This document shows, piece by piece, positions 11,887 to 23,207 of a DNA stretch of 64,000 nt. A program made the position numbers and the translations under genes. How positions within the stretch are numbered: the first letter of the stretch is position 1; every line of letters starts with the position of its first letter. The notes beneath the pieces are model-generated. The model was not told the origin of the DNA. It searched no databases and saw nothing but the letters and a program-made list of their open reading frames with translations. Source of the stretch: Amphiscolops sp. MND2022 (Eukaryota); the NCBI GenBank assembly GCA_964187785.1, contig OZ076416.1, positions 32,922,001 to 32,986,000 on the forward strand. Reading direction: 5' to 3'.

Positions 11887-12239
11887 TTTAGTCGGCGCGT
11901 TTTCCTTTTAAGGAAAAATGCCCGACTATAGCAGTGACCTTTTTTTTCTTCAGACTACAATCCTCGAACTGATCGGTCCACTTTTAAGAAACATTCCTGA
12001 AACCACCTAAGGCCAAGTCCGGCCAAGGCAAACTTAGTCCAAAGGGTCCCCCCTTTCATTTTTTACTTTTTCAAGGAAACCTACAAAACCGGACGTGCCT
12101 AAAGGGTCCCCCATTTGATTTTTTTTCGGCGCTATGCGACATTTCTCGAAAGAAAAATTCAAGTTTTTTTCCAAAAAAAATGTTTTGCGCTTTTTGAGCC
12201 TTAGATAAAGCGCCGACTTTAGACATTCCCGTCTTGTTT
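11887..12239 (-). mobile_element. Family A repeat, copy 4 (reverse orientation)
   Basis: The reverse complement begins AAACAAGACGGGAATGTCTAAAGTCGGCGCTTTATCTAAGGCTCAAAAAGCGC and ends GCGCCGACTAAA. Confidence 0.6.
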
Positions 12240-13428
12240 CAGTTAAGAAATTGCGTTTTTTAAGCCTGACCGGTCCTCATTTTAAGTATTTTGGGATTGG
12301 GCGATTTCGAGCAAAAATCATTTCACACCAAGGGCTTTTCCACAATATTGACTTTTTATCGGTGTTTCCCTCAAAGACATCAAAACCTAGACTTCATAAT
12401 AAATTGATCTTGGAATGCAATCTCCTTGGGGCAACACTGAAGTCTTGATTATCATTATAATACGGTCGAAATGACCACAATAACAAAGTTCCACAATAAG
12501 CCTGAGATATGAAAAAGCCAAATGGTCACCCTTTTTTCGGCATTATCCGAATGACAACGTTGTATGTGGATTTTTTTTGCGACAATGCAACTTCTCGATT
12601 TTTTTCTTTTGACAAAAAGGTTCCCGTTTATATTTTCAGTTAGGAAACTCGCTTTGTGTCCAGAAAGCCACTATTTTCCTCGTTTTGACATTTTCAGTTA
12701 CAATTTTTTTGGCACCGTTAATTTTGAAGATACACTCATTCGACAAACGGATCCACAATTTTTTTTGATGTTTCCAATTAGTGAAAAGGTGTTTTTGAAC
12801 CCAAACGGTTCCACCTTTGAAAATTTTTCGACACTGCGAGATTTTGATAACTTTGAAAAACAGTTCCATCACGATTTTTAAAGCACTTTTTTATCCTTAC
12901 CAGGGCGTCGAATCACGCCATTCCGGCTTTTTGAACTACGTTCACGATATCCTTCCTTTCGAAACAAAAATTGTCAGTGGGAAAAACCAACAGCTTCTGT
13001 GAGTCATGAGCTTGATTAAATTTATGCTTAAAAGTGAAAACTTTGTTCAAATCAAAACCTTATTTCATTTGAGGCTAACTTCTTGTAACTGACAAAGATT
13101 TCACACAAAAAAACCAATGACTTTTTAAATCGCGAAATGTTTTCCTTTACAGCATTCTTCCTTAACTCGAATTCTATCGAATATAAGAGCAAAGGAAAAA
13201 ATTGTCAATAAACCTCCAACCCATCAAGAATTCCCGCCATGATGCCATGAATGGGATTACCTAGCCCATCACTATTCTGATTAACATTATACTTGAAGCG
13301 AAATTCTCCAATCAATTGAAACAATTATACTTTATTTCACATTAAAAAACTTTGAATAACACCAGAAAAAACATTGAAAATGCAAACTGGCTTCATCACA
13401 GTGCACAGGCAAGCTTTTCGCTGCTTTT

Positions 13429-14133
13429 CGTGGAATCCGGGACACGAAAATTGAGAAAAGTCGTGGAATCCAGGACAAAATTTCTCTTTGATGTTAAGCG
13501 TTTCTTGGATTCCACGACAGTGCCTGTCCTGGATTCCACGCCAATACTGCTGCTATAATGACACTTTTGCCGCTGCTCTCTGATTGGTCCGCTCATTTTG
13601 AATAATCATTTTATATTAATTCAATCTTATATCAAAGGAATTTGTTTCGATTGACACGAAAAATCCAAGAAGTACGAATAGAGATACTCGTGACTGGTAC
13701 CAAAAATGAAGCATGTCTTCAAATAATGGCAGATTGTGATGATCTGGCAGTTTGTTCAAAACGGTACTAAACTTGAAAATACAAAAATTTTGTGTGATAT
13801 TGGTGTGATTGTCTGAATCATTTTGAATTAATATACGAAAAGTAGTGCATAATATTATGTTTGTTCAGTCTACCACTTGAATTTAATTAAAGAAGAGATG
13901 CCGCGTATCGCGTCAAGCATAAAGTCGTGGAATCCAGGAAATTTATGATTTCTGCAATCTGATTGGTTCATTTCGCAAAACTTACGTTTTTGTGGAATCC
14001 GGGACACCGCTGCATGCCGACAGTTCGTACAGCTAAGCATTTGTTACTGGAATCCACGACTAAATCCGTGGAATCCGGGACAAATGACGTAATTTGCAAA
14101 TTTTGCACGGTTAAAGCTATGGTTGTGGAATCC
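13429..14133. repeat. Cluster of ~9 GTGGAATCC(A/G)GGAC motifs in both orientations
   Basis: Copies at about 13429, 13460, 13503 (rc), 13526 (rc), 13924, 13991, 14048, 14067 and 14124. The first four form a nested inverted repeat. Confidence 0.75.
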
Positions 14134-14377
14134 GAGATATTGAACGCACTATGTTGCGCTTTGAGCAAATTAGGCTTGCCTGTGCACTCTAATGTTGAGA
14201 TTTCTACTCAACAGAAATTTTGTAAAGAACCTTGACAACTTTCTCAGAGAGCTGCTCAAGTTTCATGTACCTTGAACTTACCTTAATTGAGAGAACAGTA
14301 AATAAAAATATTGAAAAACTAACACAAACTGAATTTCATCCGATTTATTCAACTTCTAAAAGTAAAATTACTAACAA

Positions 14378-15340
14378 TCACGTTAAATCGTCAGCGTCTG
14401 AACTTTTCATTTCAGCCATCAATTTTTGTCGTTCAGCGGCTCTTCGCAAAGCAACAAACATCTGTTCCTCCTCTTCTTCGAAATTTATTTGACTCACTTT
14501 CGTTTCCTCTGTATCGCTATTTCGTTTGATATTCCCAGAACTTTCATCTGATCTTCTTTCGGGTTTTAGAGGCGCCGAGTTGAACTCTGACATTCTCGGA
14601 GGGGGCTGACCAATCCATTCAAGTTTTAATCTGTTGGTCAAAACACCATGTTCATTCTCAAATGCCAATTGAGCCGAACTGAGCTGTTCAAATTCAATAA
14701 TCGCTGAACCCTTCTTCGAGGAAACAACGACTACGGAAATTTCTCCGTACTTCGAAAACAACTTTCGCAACAAATGCTCGTCATACTGTGGCTCCAAATT
14801 TTTATCCCATTTTAATTTAAATTTGGGCTGGCAATCAGCAAAACATCTCTGTTCCAGGCTTGTGCTTTTCTGTTGATTCAACTCTTTTTTAAGCAGTTCT
14901 TGTTCTTCACGCAAAAGCTTCGACCCGTTGCTTCTCAAATCTCTCAGCATTTGCTCCAAGTTCTTAGTAACTGCGGCACTATTTGCTGGTTCGTTCTTTT
15001 TACTCAAAGCTTCTTGTTCTCTTCTTTCTAAATCTTCTTTCAATTTCCTCCGTTTTGCATCCAATTGGTAATTTCTTTCGGCGGCTGCTTTTCTAGCTAC
15101 AACAATTTTGTCGTACTCAGCCCGAGTTTCCTTATTGGCTAATATTTCGAAGATACAGCTGAGTTTGTTGAATAGTTTGGTGGCTTGAGGATTGTCTGGG
15201 TTTTTGTCGGGGTGACATTTTAGGGCTTGTTTCCGATATGCTTTCTTTATTTCCTTGTCAGATGCTGTATCGTCTATCTCCAAGGCAGCGTAAAGGTCTT
15301 CTTTGAACAATTCAGCGGTGCTCAATTCACTGGAACCCAT
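14378..15340 (-). CDS. DNAJC17: DnaJ homolog subfamily C member 17 (J-domain + RRM; Cwc23-like), intronless
   Basis: J-domain DLYAALEI..EIKKAYRKQALKCHPDKNPDNP (HPD motif), coiled coil RRKLKEDLERRE, RRM-like KLKW..LFSKYGEI..KKGSAIIEF. Confidence 0.93.
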   Translation of the reverse strand: MGSSELSTAELFKEDLYAALEIDDTASDKEIKKAYRKQALKCHPDKNPDNPQATKLFNKLSCIFEILANKETRAEYDKIVVARKAAAERNYQLDAKRRKLKEDLERREQEALSKKNEPANSAAVTKNLEQMLRDLRSNGSKLLREEQELLKKELNQQKSTSLEQRCFADCQPKFKLKWDKNLEPQYDEHLLRKLFSKYGEISVVVVSSKKGSAIIEFEQLSSAQLAFENEHGVLTNRLKLEWIGQPPPRMSEFNSAPLKPERRSDESSGNIKRNSDTEETKVSQINFEEEEEQMFVALRRAAERQKLMAEMKSSDADDLT

Positions 15341-15621
15341 TGATGCACTGAAAAAAATTAAGTGAATTAATAAGTTTCTATATAAACAAACTTATAAGCA
15401 AGTTATCATTGAGCAAGGTACCATTCCACATATATTTTTTTCAAAAATGAAACCAATAAAGGAAAGCTTCAAATTAAAGTTAGACGATCTTACAGAAACA
15501 TGCGTCAATTTTAGTTATTTTTTTTCAGTCAGCAGCTTGTAAATTCTTCAACAATAACCCAAAAGTTGAACGAAAAGCAGATTGGTACCTCGAGTAATAT
15601 AGTGTAATAAACAACCTTTTC

Positions 15622-16552
15622 TTAGTTCTCTTTCCTATTTTGGAACCGAAGTACATGAAGATGCTCTCCGATAATTTTTCTCTCCTTCACAACGACTGGT
15701 TCTGAAAACCCGTTTTCTTCCATCTGTTGCGAAATCGCGGGAATGTCATTTGAGGATATTGCGACAAGGTAAAATAGTCCATTAGGAGAAATGAAATGGG
15801 GTAAAAGTGGAATCAGCTGTTGAAGCACGTCTGTTCCTTTGCTTCCTCCATTCCAAGTTTTTCCCAATAAAGTTAAATCTGCATTAGCAAGTTCGGCCTC
15901 TTCGCAACAGACATAAGGAGGGTTGAAGATCAGCACGTCGCAAATACCGGCAAGAAGCGATGACCGTTCTACTGTCTTCAGAAACTATTTGAAACAAGAG
16001 CAATGAAGTTGTAGAAGATCAAAGCTTTATTTTTTTACAATTAAAACTAGCTTGTTGAAGCCCTTTCGTAGAAGTGGAACTTCAAAATGCGTCAACTTCT
16101 AGAAGCTGTGTGAAATTGAAATTTGAAAATAAGCTTAGAAAGTCTACATTGCTTCATTCCATTTCACTATTGATTGGTATTGTTTTTCTAAATAAATGTT
16201 ACTGTGGGCGGTCATAGCTACCTTTTGGCATGAAAACACTATCAAGAACATCGACATTTATAACGTCGAAGCATTTTGGACTCTGATTCCGACTGAAAGT
16301 CTGACACGTTGCGTGGCAGGCATCACTCGATATATCGAGACCCATGTAAAAACATCTGGAACCCAGGGTGCGAGACAAAGCACATAAAATGACCCCAGAC
16401 CCAACACCGACCTCACAAATGACGGAAGGTGTGTGACCCTTAATCAGGTCAATGTCTTGTTCTAATGCATCTAACAGAAGAAAGGAGTCCTCTCGTGGCT
16501 CATAAACCAAATCAGGGTCAATGTGTAAGGTACAAGGAGTTTCCATTCTCAT
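15622..16552 (-). CDS. N6AMT1: HemK2/N6AMT1 methyltransferase (eRF1 Gln methyltransferase), 2 exons (16552-16222, 15971-15622)
   Basis: VYEPREDSFLLLDALE, EVGVGSG (SAM motif I), NPPYV motif, WNGG-KG-DV. The inferred 250-nt GT..AG intron 15972-16221 keeps the frame. Confidence 0.93.
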
Positions 16553-16829
16553 TCATCAAAGTCTGAAAATAAGATAAAGCGCCATGACATCGGTTCCAAA
16601 AACATTGATTCTCGAAGTACAAACCTAGAGTAAAAATGGTAGAAAAGGCTTTTGGACAAAATCTTCAAAAAATAAATATTACAAATAAACAATTTCGAAG
16701 GAATGAAATATAAACATAAATTGAAGAATTAAGATGGAAATAGCACCAGCACCGTTGCCAAAAGACATGTCAAAGCACAGCAACTTTTAAACATGATTGT
16801 TAGATTTTAAAAAAGAAGCTTTTGAACTA

Positions 16830-18441
16830 TTAGAAAAGCGAAGGCCATAACCGTTTTTTGGCAATATAGAGAACTGTACAAAGGAATAAAGTGAGAGCAA
16901 GAAATATAAGAAGTTTATCAGTGAAGGCTCGTCTGTCGTACTTCGATAGGAGCTTCCGTGAAGTGCCTATTACACTCTTCATGTTTTTGAACTCTTCTGA
17001 AGTTTCTTGTAAAGCTGAAACAAAAAACATGTCAAAAGCCCGGCTTGGTTTTTCTCTAGTTTGCTGTCAGGAACAACCGCTTTTCCTAACTTTTAACCTA
17101 TATTCGCAAAATTTTTCGTAGGATTATTGAAATTGCACCCGTCGACGATGTGAAGAAAAAACTTTTAGAAAATAACTTTTAAAAGTCGGTTTTCATTCTT
17201 TTAACTTCCTCTACGTCTCTCTATCTTAGCTTACATCGTATAAAGACCGCGCGCTATGACAGCCAGGTTTGCTAGCAATACATGATGTTTGCCCAATATT
17301 AAACGAGAGGGCCACTCTAAAAATGAGGGTAGGAAGTGGTGTCGTCACGGTGCAAGCTGCAGGGCCTCTGTGCATTGTCAATAACGGCGGTTCAGTACAT
17401 CAAATAGGAAAAACTTCAGCAAGTGGAGGACCAATTTATAGAATGAAAACATTTTTTTTCGTGTCTAGTTTCTTTTTTAAAACTGGAATAACATGTTAAT
17501 TAGTTGAATCGGTATAAAAAACTATATACTTCGTTACATTTAAAAGGAAAATGTATAAGTGGGAAATGCACAAACTATAAGGGCCGTACAAATTGGTCTA
17601 GTTTCTTTCACTGTTTTCCTTCAACTTTTCTACTAACTGTTAGATGAGAGCGCCAAACTCTCGAGGGTTCTTTCCGACTTTCGCACTTCCTCGGCTAACA
17701 TGCGACTCACTGCAGTCAAGTTATCTGTGACGTCACTGGCTTGCTGTCGGACAGATGCTCGATCATACTTCACATTTCTTGGTCTGATCCCATTGTGACC
17801 ATGTGTCAACAGAGCCTCTCGTGTTACCTTGTACACGGAATAAGAAATGACAAAATGGAATTTTTCATGGAATTTTTCTATCCCCCCAGAGTCCATAGGC
17901 AAGTCTCTAAGATCTTGAAATAGCAAGAATTTGGACGTAAATGTGTATTTTAATTAACTTTGCTACCGTACTAATTAGAGCTTTTACTATGAGATTACAC
18001 GACAAATCTATGACATTATAATTTCACATTGAAGAGAAAGATGTCGCATAATTTTGAAACTGAAAACTTCCCGGTCAAATATGTTGACTTTGAAGGAAAT
18101 GGATTTTGAAGATCAAAACCACTCACTTTTTCTATCTCCGCGTGACATTCCACATTGGCTTTTCTTAAAGCAGTTCGTAAAGAAGCCAACAGACTTTTGT
18201 AAGAATTGAAGTCACTTTCAATTGCTTCCCTGGACGATTTGGAAGGTGCTTCTTCGCTGCAAATACTGAGCTGCTCCAATTTTGACTCAAATTGTTTGAA
18301 TGAGCTGCGAACCTCATTGTTAATCTCTTCCAATTCTTCAATAGAGTTGACTTGAGATTTGATGTCTAATAATTTGGAACGAACTTTCACGTTTATTTGG
18401 TTCAAATCACCCACAATCATTTTTGTTTCGTCGTTTTCCAT
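16830..18441 (-). CDS. BNIP1: Vesicle-transport SNARE SEC20/BNIP1, 3 exons (18441-18127, 17827-17638, 17014-16830)
   Basis: LRTALRKAN, SNARE-like VTDNLTAVSRMLAEEVRKSERTLESL, C-terminal SRKLLSKYDRRAFTDKLLIFLALTLFLCTVLYIAKKRL. The GTGAGT and GTTAGT donors and AAG/CAG acceptors give an in-frame splice. Confidence 0.9.
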
Positions 18442-18594
18442 TATTCTGAAATGGCAACAATCTGTGAGGCCCAATGGTTGAGATCAATCAATGGTCAATA
18501 ACGTGAATCAAAATGCAAAAAAAATCGCTATCAGAACCCAGTGAAAAAATAATTGCGAGACTTTTATTGATATATTCAATGTGACTCCACACAT

Positions 18595-20475
18595 CAGGGA
18601 TTGGAAATAATTGATTGCCAATTAATTTAATTGCAATTAATTGGCAAAATTAATTGATTGGGCCCGAAACCAATAATTGAATAATTGATTGATGAAGTAT
18701 CAATTAATTGAAAAATTCGTTTCCACGAAACTCTGACAATCTGACATGTCTGAGTGAAATGCTTCATTTTCATTTTTCAATGTCATGCAAAGCAGCTGTG
18801 AGTTGAATAACTTTTTTTTCACATTTTCAGGTTGTGATATGACATCCAAGCCAATTAAGTCCATCTGCATGCAATACTTCCATCAGCCTGCGCCTGTAGA
18901 TGAGCCGGACATATGGCAATGTCAATGCAAAAAGCAGATGAAGCAAAAAAAAGGAAGTGGTTGGACTAACTTGCTGAACCACATAAAAACCCAACACCCG
19001 GACTACGACAAGGATGATGGTAAGCAGCAGAGGATTGATAATTACGTCAGCCTTACGAAGAAAGCCAACAACGTGTTTGGTTGGTTAGAGTGGATCACGG
19101 TGACACTCAAACCGTTCGCTTTTATAGAGTGTCCTTTTACAGCCAAGTATTCTAACCTGAACCCGATGTCAACCAAGACCCTGAAGAAGTACATGCACAT
19201 GGTAACCAAGAAAGTAGAGGAAGAAATAGCACGTAGTCTACCAGAAAAATTTTGTATTTTGCTTGATGGATGGACACATAATTCTACCCATTATGTTGGA
19301 GTGTTTGCGTCATATTCGTCAACCGATGCAAATGGCTACCAAACAGCTTTGTTGACATTCAGCCCTCTACTCTCTGAACTTTCTCTGACAGCATTGGAGC
19401 ATAAGAATTTGTTGGATTTCACTCTTTCGATCTATGGAAAAAATATCACGAACGTTATTGCTATTTGTGGTGATAATTGTGAAACCAATAAAGCCCTCGC
19501 AAGCCTGTGTCAAAAACCCTTGATGGGTTGTGCATCACATCGGTTTAATTTGGCTTGTGCCGAATTGCTGGAGGATCATGGCGAAATCATCCAAAAGATC
19601 AATGCTCTAATGGGCAAAATGAAAAGTGTCAAATTGTCCGCAAAATTGAGGCAATTCACACATCTGAGACCTATTCAAGCCAACATAACACGTTGGTCTA
19701 GCACACATCAAATGATAAACCGTTATATGCAGCTGAAAGAATTTATGGTGTACTTTGATGAAGAAAACATATTGGAATTCATTCCATCTCCGAAAGAAAA
19801 TGCGACATTGTCCGAAGTTCAACAAAAATTGGCGACATTAGATTCAGTTACCATGGCTTTGCAACGAGAGAGTACTGATGCTTCTTGCGTCCGGCTTCTT
19901 TTCAATGAGATCAAACGGAAATTCCCCGATCTTGATGGTTCTGACAAGTATTTGTCTCCCACTGCGAGAATAATTAGAAGCCCCAACTTCGAATCTGGAA
20001 TAGTGAAAATTCAGGATGGTAAGGAAAAAGAAATGACGACTGACGAGCAACTGGCATGTAAAAACCTCAGAAAGCACATCGTGGTGGAAGAAGACAACCC
20101 AGATACTTGTGATGATTTTGCTAGCATGATTCTGAACAAGAAGAAACACACACCATCGACAAAATATGCCGATACCCGCTTCATTTTGCCAACTTCAAAC
20201 ATTCTAGAGCGTTTTTTTCAGTAGCGCTGGTATTGCATCGAGTGATTTCCGGCAACGATTGAACCCGACGAATCTCGAAGAACAATTATATTTAAAAACA
20301 AATAAGCGATTTTGGGACATAAGAACAGTTAATGATGTTCTGTCTCAAGCTGAGAAAGAAACCAATTAATTGCTGTAAAGTGCAATAATTGATTGATTTT
20401 TCCTGAAATTCAATTAATTGATTGGTTCTCTCAAAAAATAAAAAATTAATTGCAATCAATTTTTTCCTATCCCTG
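18595..20475 (+). mobile_element. hAT-superfamily DNA transposon, complete (1881 bp)
   Basis: TIR CAGGGATTGGAAA and its reverse complement TTTCCTATCCCTG. Perfect 8-bp TSD CCACACAT (18587-18594, 20476-20483). AATTGATT/CAATTAATTG subterminal arrays at both ends. Confidence 0.96.
18839..20369 (+). CDS. hAT transposase, with one +1 frameshift in a T7 run at 20212-20218
   Basis: BED-finger-like WQCQC..LLNHIKTQH, DGWT, GCASHRFNL (CxxH), RWSS, LPTSNILERFF. Dropping one T gives ERFFSSAGI..RQRLNPTNLEEQLYLK-N (hAT dimerisation domain) ending at 20369. Confidence 0.9.
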
Positions 20476-20867
20476 CCACACATTGATCAAATAACCCATC
20501 TTCGACAGCACATGTAGTGTTCGTCACAAAAAATGCAGTATCGATACACAGATCTTCAAAAAGCTAGAACTCAATTGTGGAATACATCAGTCAACATTGA
20601 GCCCATGAATTCAATCGTTGAGAGTTGAGAATAAGCTGAACCAGCAACGTACACGCCAAAATTCTTGCACTCGCAAGGATCATACCGTGAAGTAACTCAC
20701 TCTTCAAGTAACACTAAATCCGCAGGCTTACCGATAATCAGTTGATCTGCAGGTTTCACGGATTGTATTGATCAGCCTTTCTGATTTGCCAAAAAACTCA
20801 GCTCCAGAAACAAGATGTCAAAAAATATATATCCGGGAAGATCCAATAAAGCTTGTGTTCGATGAAC

Positions 20868-21620
20868 TTATCGATAAAACTCCACAATTTGTCTCGATAC
20901 TCCAGAAGAATTGTTCGTACAGATTGTATTTGAATTAAAATTTTGAGCGGCGTACGATTTGAAGGCTTCGACTGATCCTCCCACTCCAAAATAATGAGTC
21001 TTTGCAGCCAACAATATTTTGCCTGATTGGGAAAGAACAGAAGACAAGAGACTCAAAAGTGCAGGATAATTTTTGCTGTCATAAATTGTTTCACTTGAAA
21101 GGACAATATCGACCTTACCTATGGCAGAAGGCAAGGTGGTGTCATTCCAATCTGCACTGATGAATTTCGTTCGACAGTTCATTTCCTGGCAGCTGAAGCT
21201 CAGATTCAAACACAAATTCGGAAAAACTGACTTCTCGAAGACTTCAAAATTAAAGTCCTGGAACGTAACATATCTTGCTCCCAGTTTCAGAGCATTTATA
21301 CCAAGTAAACCACAACCGCAGCCAAGATCCAAAACACTTTTTCCAGCAAACGAATCTTCATTTCCATGCATGTAGTTCAAGACGTCTAATGTACATTCCC
21401 AAACATCCAGACCACCTTCGTAAACTTTTGGAACTAAGCTGTACTTTTGATTGTATTCCTTTTTAGTTTCCGTATAATACAAAGAGTGAATGACTTTTCT
21501 ATCCTCAGGGGCTACATCTTTCACATGGAAAGTGTGGACTACTAACTTTACAGACGGCTCACAACGTTCATCAGATTTTATCGACTCTTCATCGGACGTA
21601 GAAAAATTGAAACGAAACAT
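20868..21620 (-). CDS. METTL18: Histidine protein methyltransferase 1 homolog (METTL18/Hpm1), intronless
   Basis: VPKVYEGGLDVWEC, VLDLGCGCGLLGI, FQDFN, DIVLSSETIY, LAAKTHYFGVGG. Confidence 0.93.
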   Translation of the reverse strand: MFRFNFSTSDEESIKSDERCEPSVKLVVHTFHVKDVAPEDRKVIHSLYYTETKKEYNQKYSLVPKVYEGGLDVWECTLDVLNYMHGNEDSFAGKSVLDLGCGCGLLGINALKLGARYVTFQDFNFEVFEKSVFPNLCLNLSFSCQEMNCRTKFISADWNDTTLPSAIGKVDIVLSSETIYDSKNYPALLSLLSSVLSQSGKILLAAKTHYFGVGGSVEAFKSYAAQNFNSNTICTNNSSGVSRQIVEFYR

Positions 21621-22838
21621 AACCGTACTGAAAACAAAATAGCACTGTGACTCACAACAGCGTTCACATTCACAGCAATTGTCTTTAAGCAGGTGCCATA
21701 ATTTTTTGAAATAGCTCTTTCAGTTGACAAAGATCGTCGTTATTCATTTCTCATGTTGGGTGCACAATTATGATGGGCTTGTTGAATCAGAGATTGCAAT
21801 GATTTGAGACGACACAGACGATTCAAAAACATCTGATGTTAGTTTGTCGCTGCGGTTGGGCTGAAAGATCACACGAAACCCGGGGACATCGTTCAATTTC
21901 TCCATTCAAGTATTTGATTATAAAAATTAACCCTTACACCCTAAAATGGCCGTTTTGTTTATTTATGGGGATTTTGACACACGCCTAAAATGTGTTATTC
22001 ATGCAAAAGGTTAGGTTTCGATGGAAAACAGCAAAACTTCTATGGGGTCTACGTGCCTCAAGCTATCAAGCTTGGTAGACTGGGTAAGTTGTAACCTTTG
22101 CAACGGATGGGTCCATTATACAACAGTGAACACTGCCCATACTTGCATAGATGCCTTTTCAGACCCAACAAGGTGTTTAAGTAGGGCATTGTTCATTTGA
22201 CGAGTTCCTGAAAACCCGTAGCTGAAAACTTCAAAAACAAAATTTTTGACATCTCGTAGAGCCCGTCCGATACTGCCTTATGCTGCTCGCTGTCGGCTTC
22301 CCAAAGCATTTTCCGGAAAAACCACCGCGAGCAGCCAAATGACAGAAATAATCACTAAGCGCGATTATCAACAGGCATAATCAGGCTAATGTCAGCGAGC
22401 AGGTAAGTGGTCATTTGACCTAAAATCAATTGGCTCAAAGTTATTTGGATTAATACATTCGGACAATTGGCTTAACTTTTGTCAGTCTAATTAGCTACGT
22501 GGAATCAGGTCTAATTAAATAGATCTAAGAGAGGGGCAAAACTGAGATCTAAATAAATTGATAAATAATCAGGTCTGAATTCACTTATCTGGACCACGAA
22601 CCTGATAAATTTCATCATAGATTCTGGACTAGATAGATTTCATCATAGATTCATGGATAGAAAGGAAGCGACACTTTCAAGAGAGTCCTCGACTACTAAA
22701 ATCTCATAATTTTTGAGGCTATGACTAACAGACCTTCAACTTTTACTTTATTTACTCAGAACTGATACCAAGTGCCTAAAACATTATTGTTAGATCAACC
22801 CGCAATTCAGGGGTTGTGTTATATATAATAGTGGAAGA

Positions 22839-23207
22839 ATGGATATGCATCTGCAAGCCCAAGTGGTCAATAACCAGCAGGTATTTAATTTCCCTTTTCA
22901 TGTGGGACATAGTACCAATTTGCTACTTATCCTAACTAGTGAAAGACAGATGCACAGATTGTTCCCCACCGTGATGCCAAATGTAGCAGGTTTTTGCGAT
23001 TGGTGCGGGAAGTGCTACGATCAAATAGCATTGGAAATTTTGGGCGAATATTTAATGGCAACCGCCTACGACACCGAGACAGTAAGGGACCGTGGAGTAA
23101 GATCCCGTGCTTTCATAGATGGTTTTGAAGCTGCTCTATTCTCGTTTAAAAGTGCAGGACTGTCACAACCCCACAGTTGTGCTGGAGCTGTTGGGCAACA
23201 ACCCTAA
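22839..23207 (+). CDS. Intronless 122-aa ORF with a CxxC motif, unknown function
   Basis: TATATATAA at 22820-22828 precedes the ATG. Contains FCDWCGKCYD and overlaps a second short ORF (23119-23307). No recognised family. Confidence 0.35.
   Translation: MDMHLQAQVVNNQQVFNFPFHVGHSTNLLLILTSERQMHRLFPTVMPNVAGFCDWCGKCYDQIALEILGEYLMATAYDTETVRDRGVRSRAFIDGFEAALFSFKSAGLSQPHSCAGAVGQQP

Noticed and set aside
13429-14133. GTGGAATCC repeats as a CRISPR array
   Set aside because: Mixed orientation, irregular spacing, no cas genes and a eukaryotic context.
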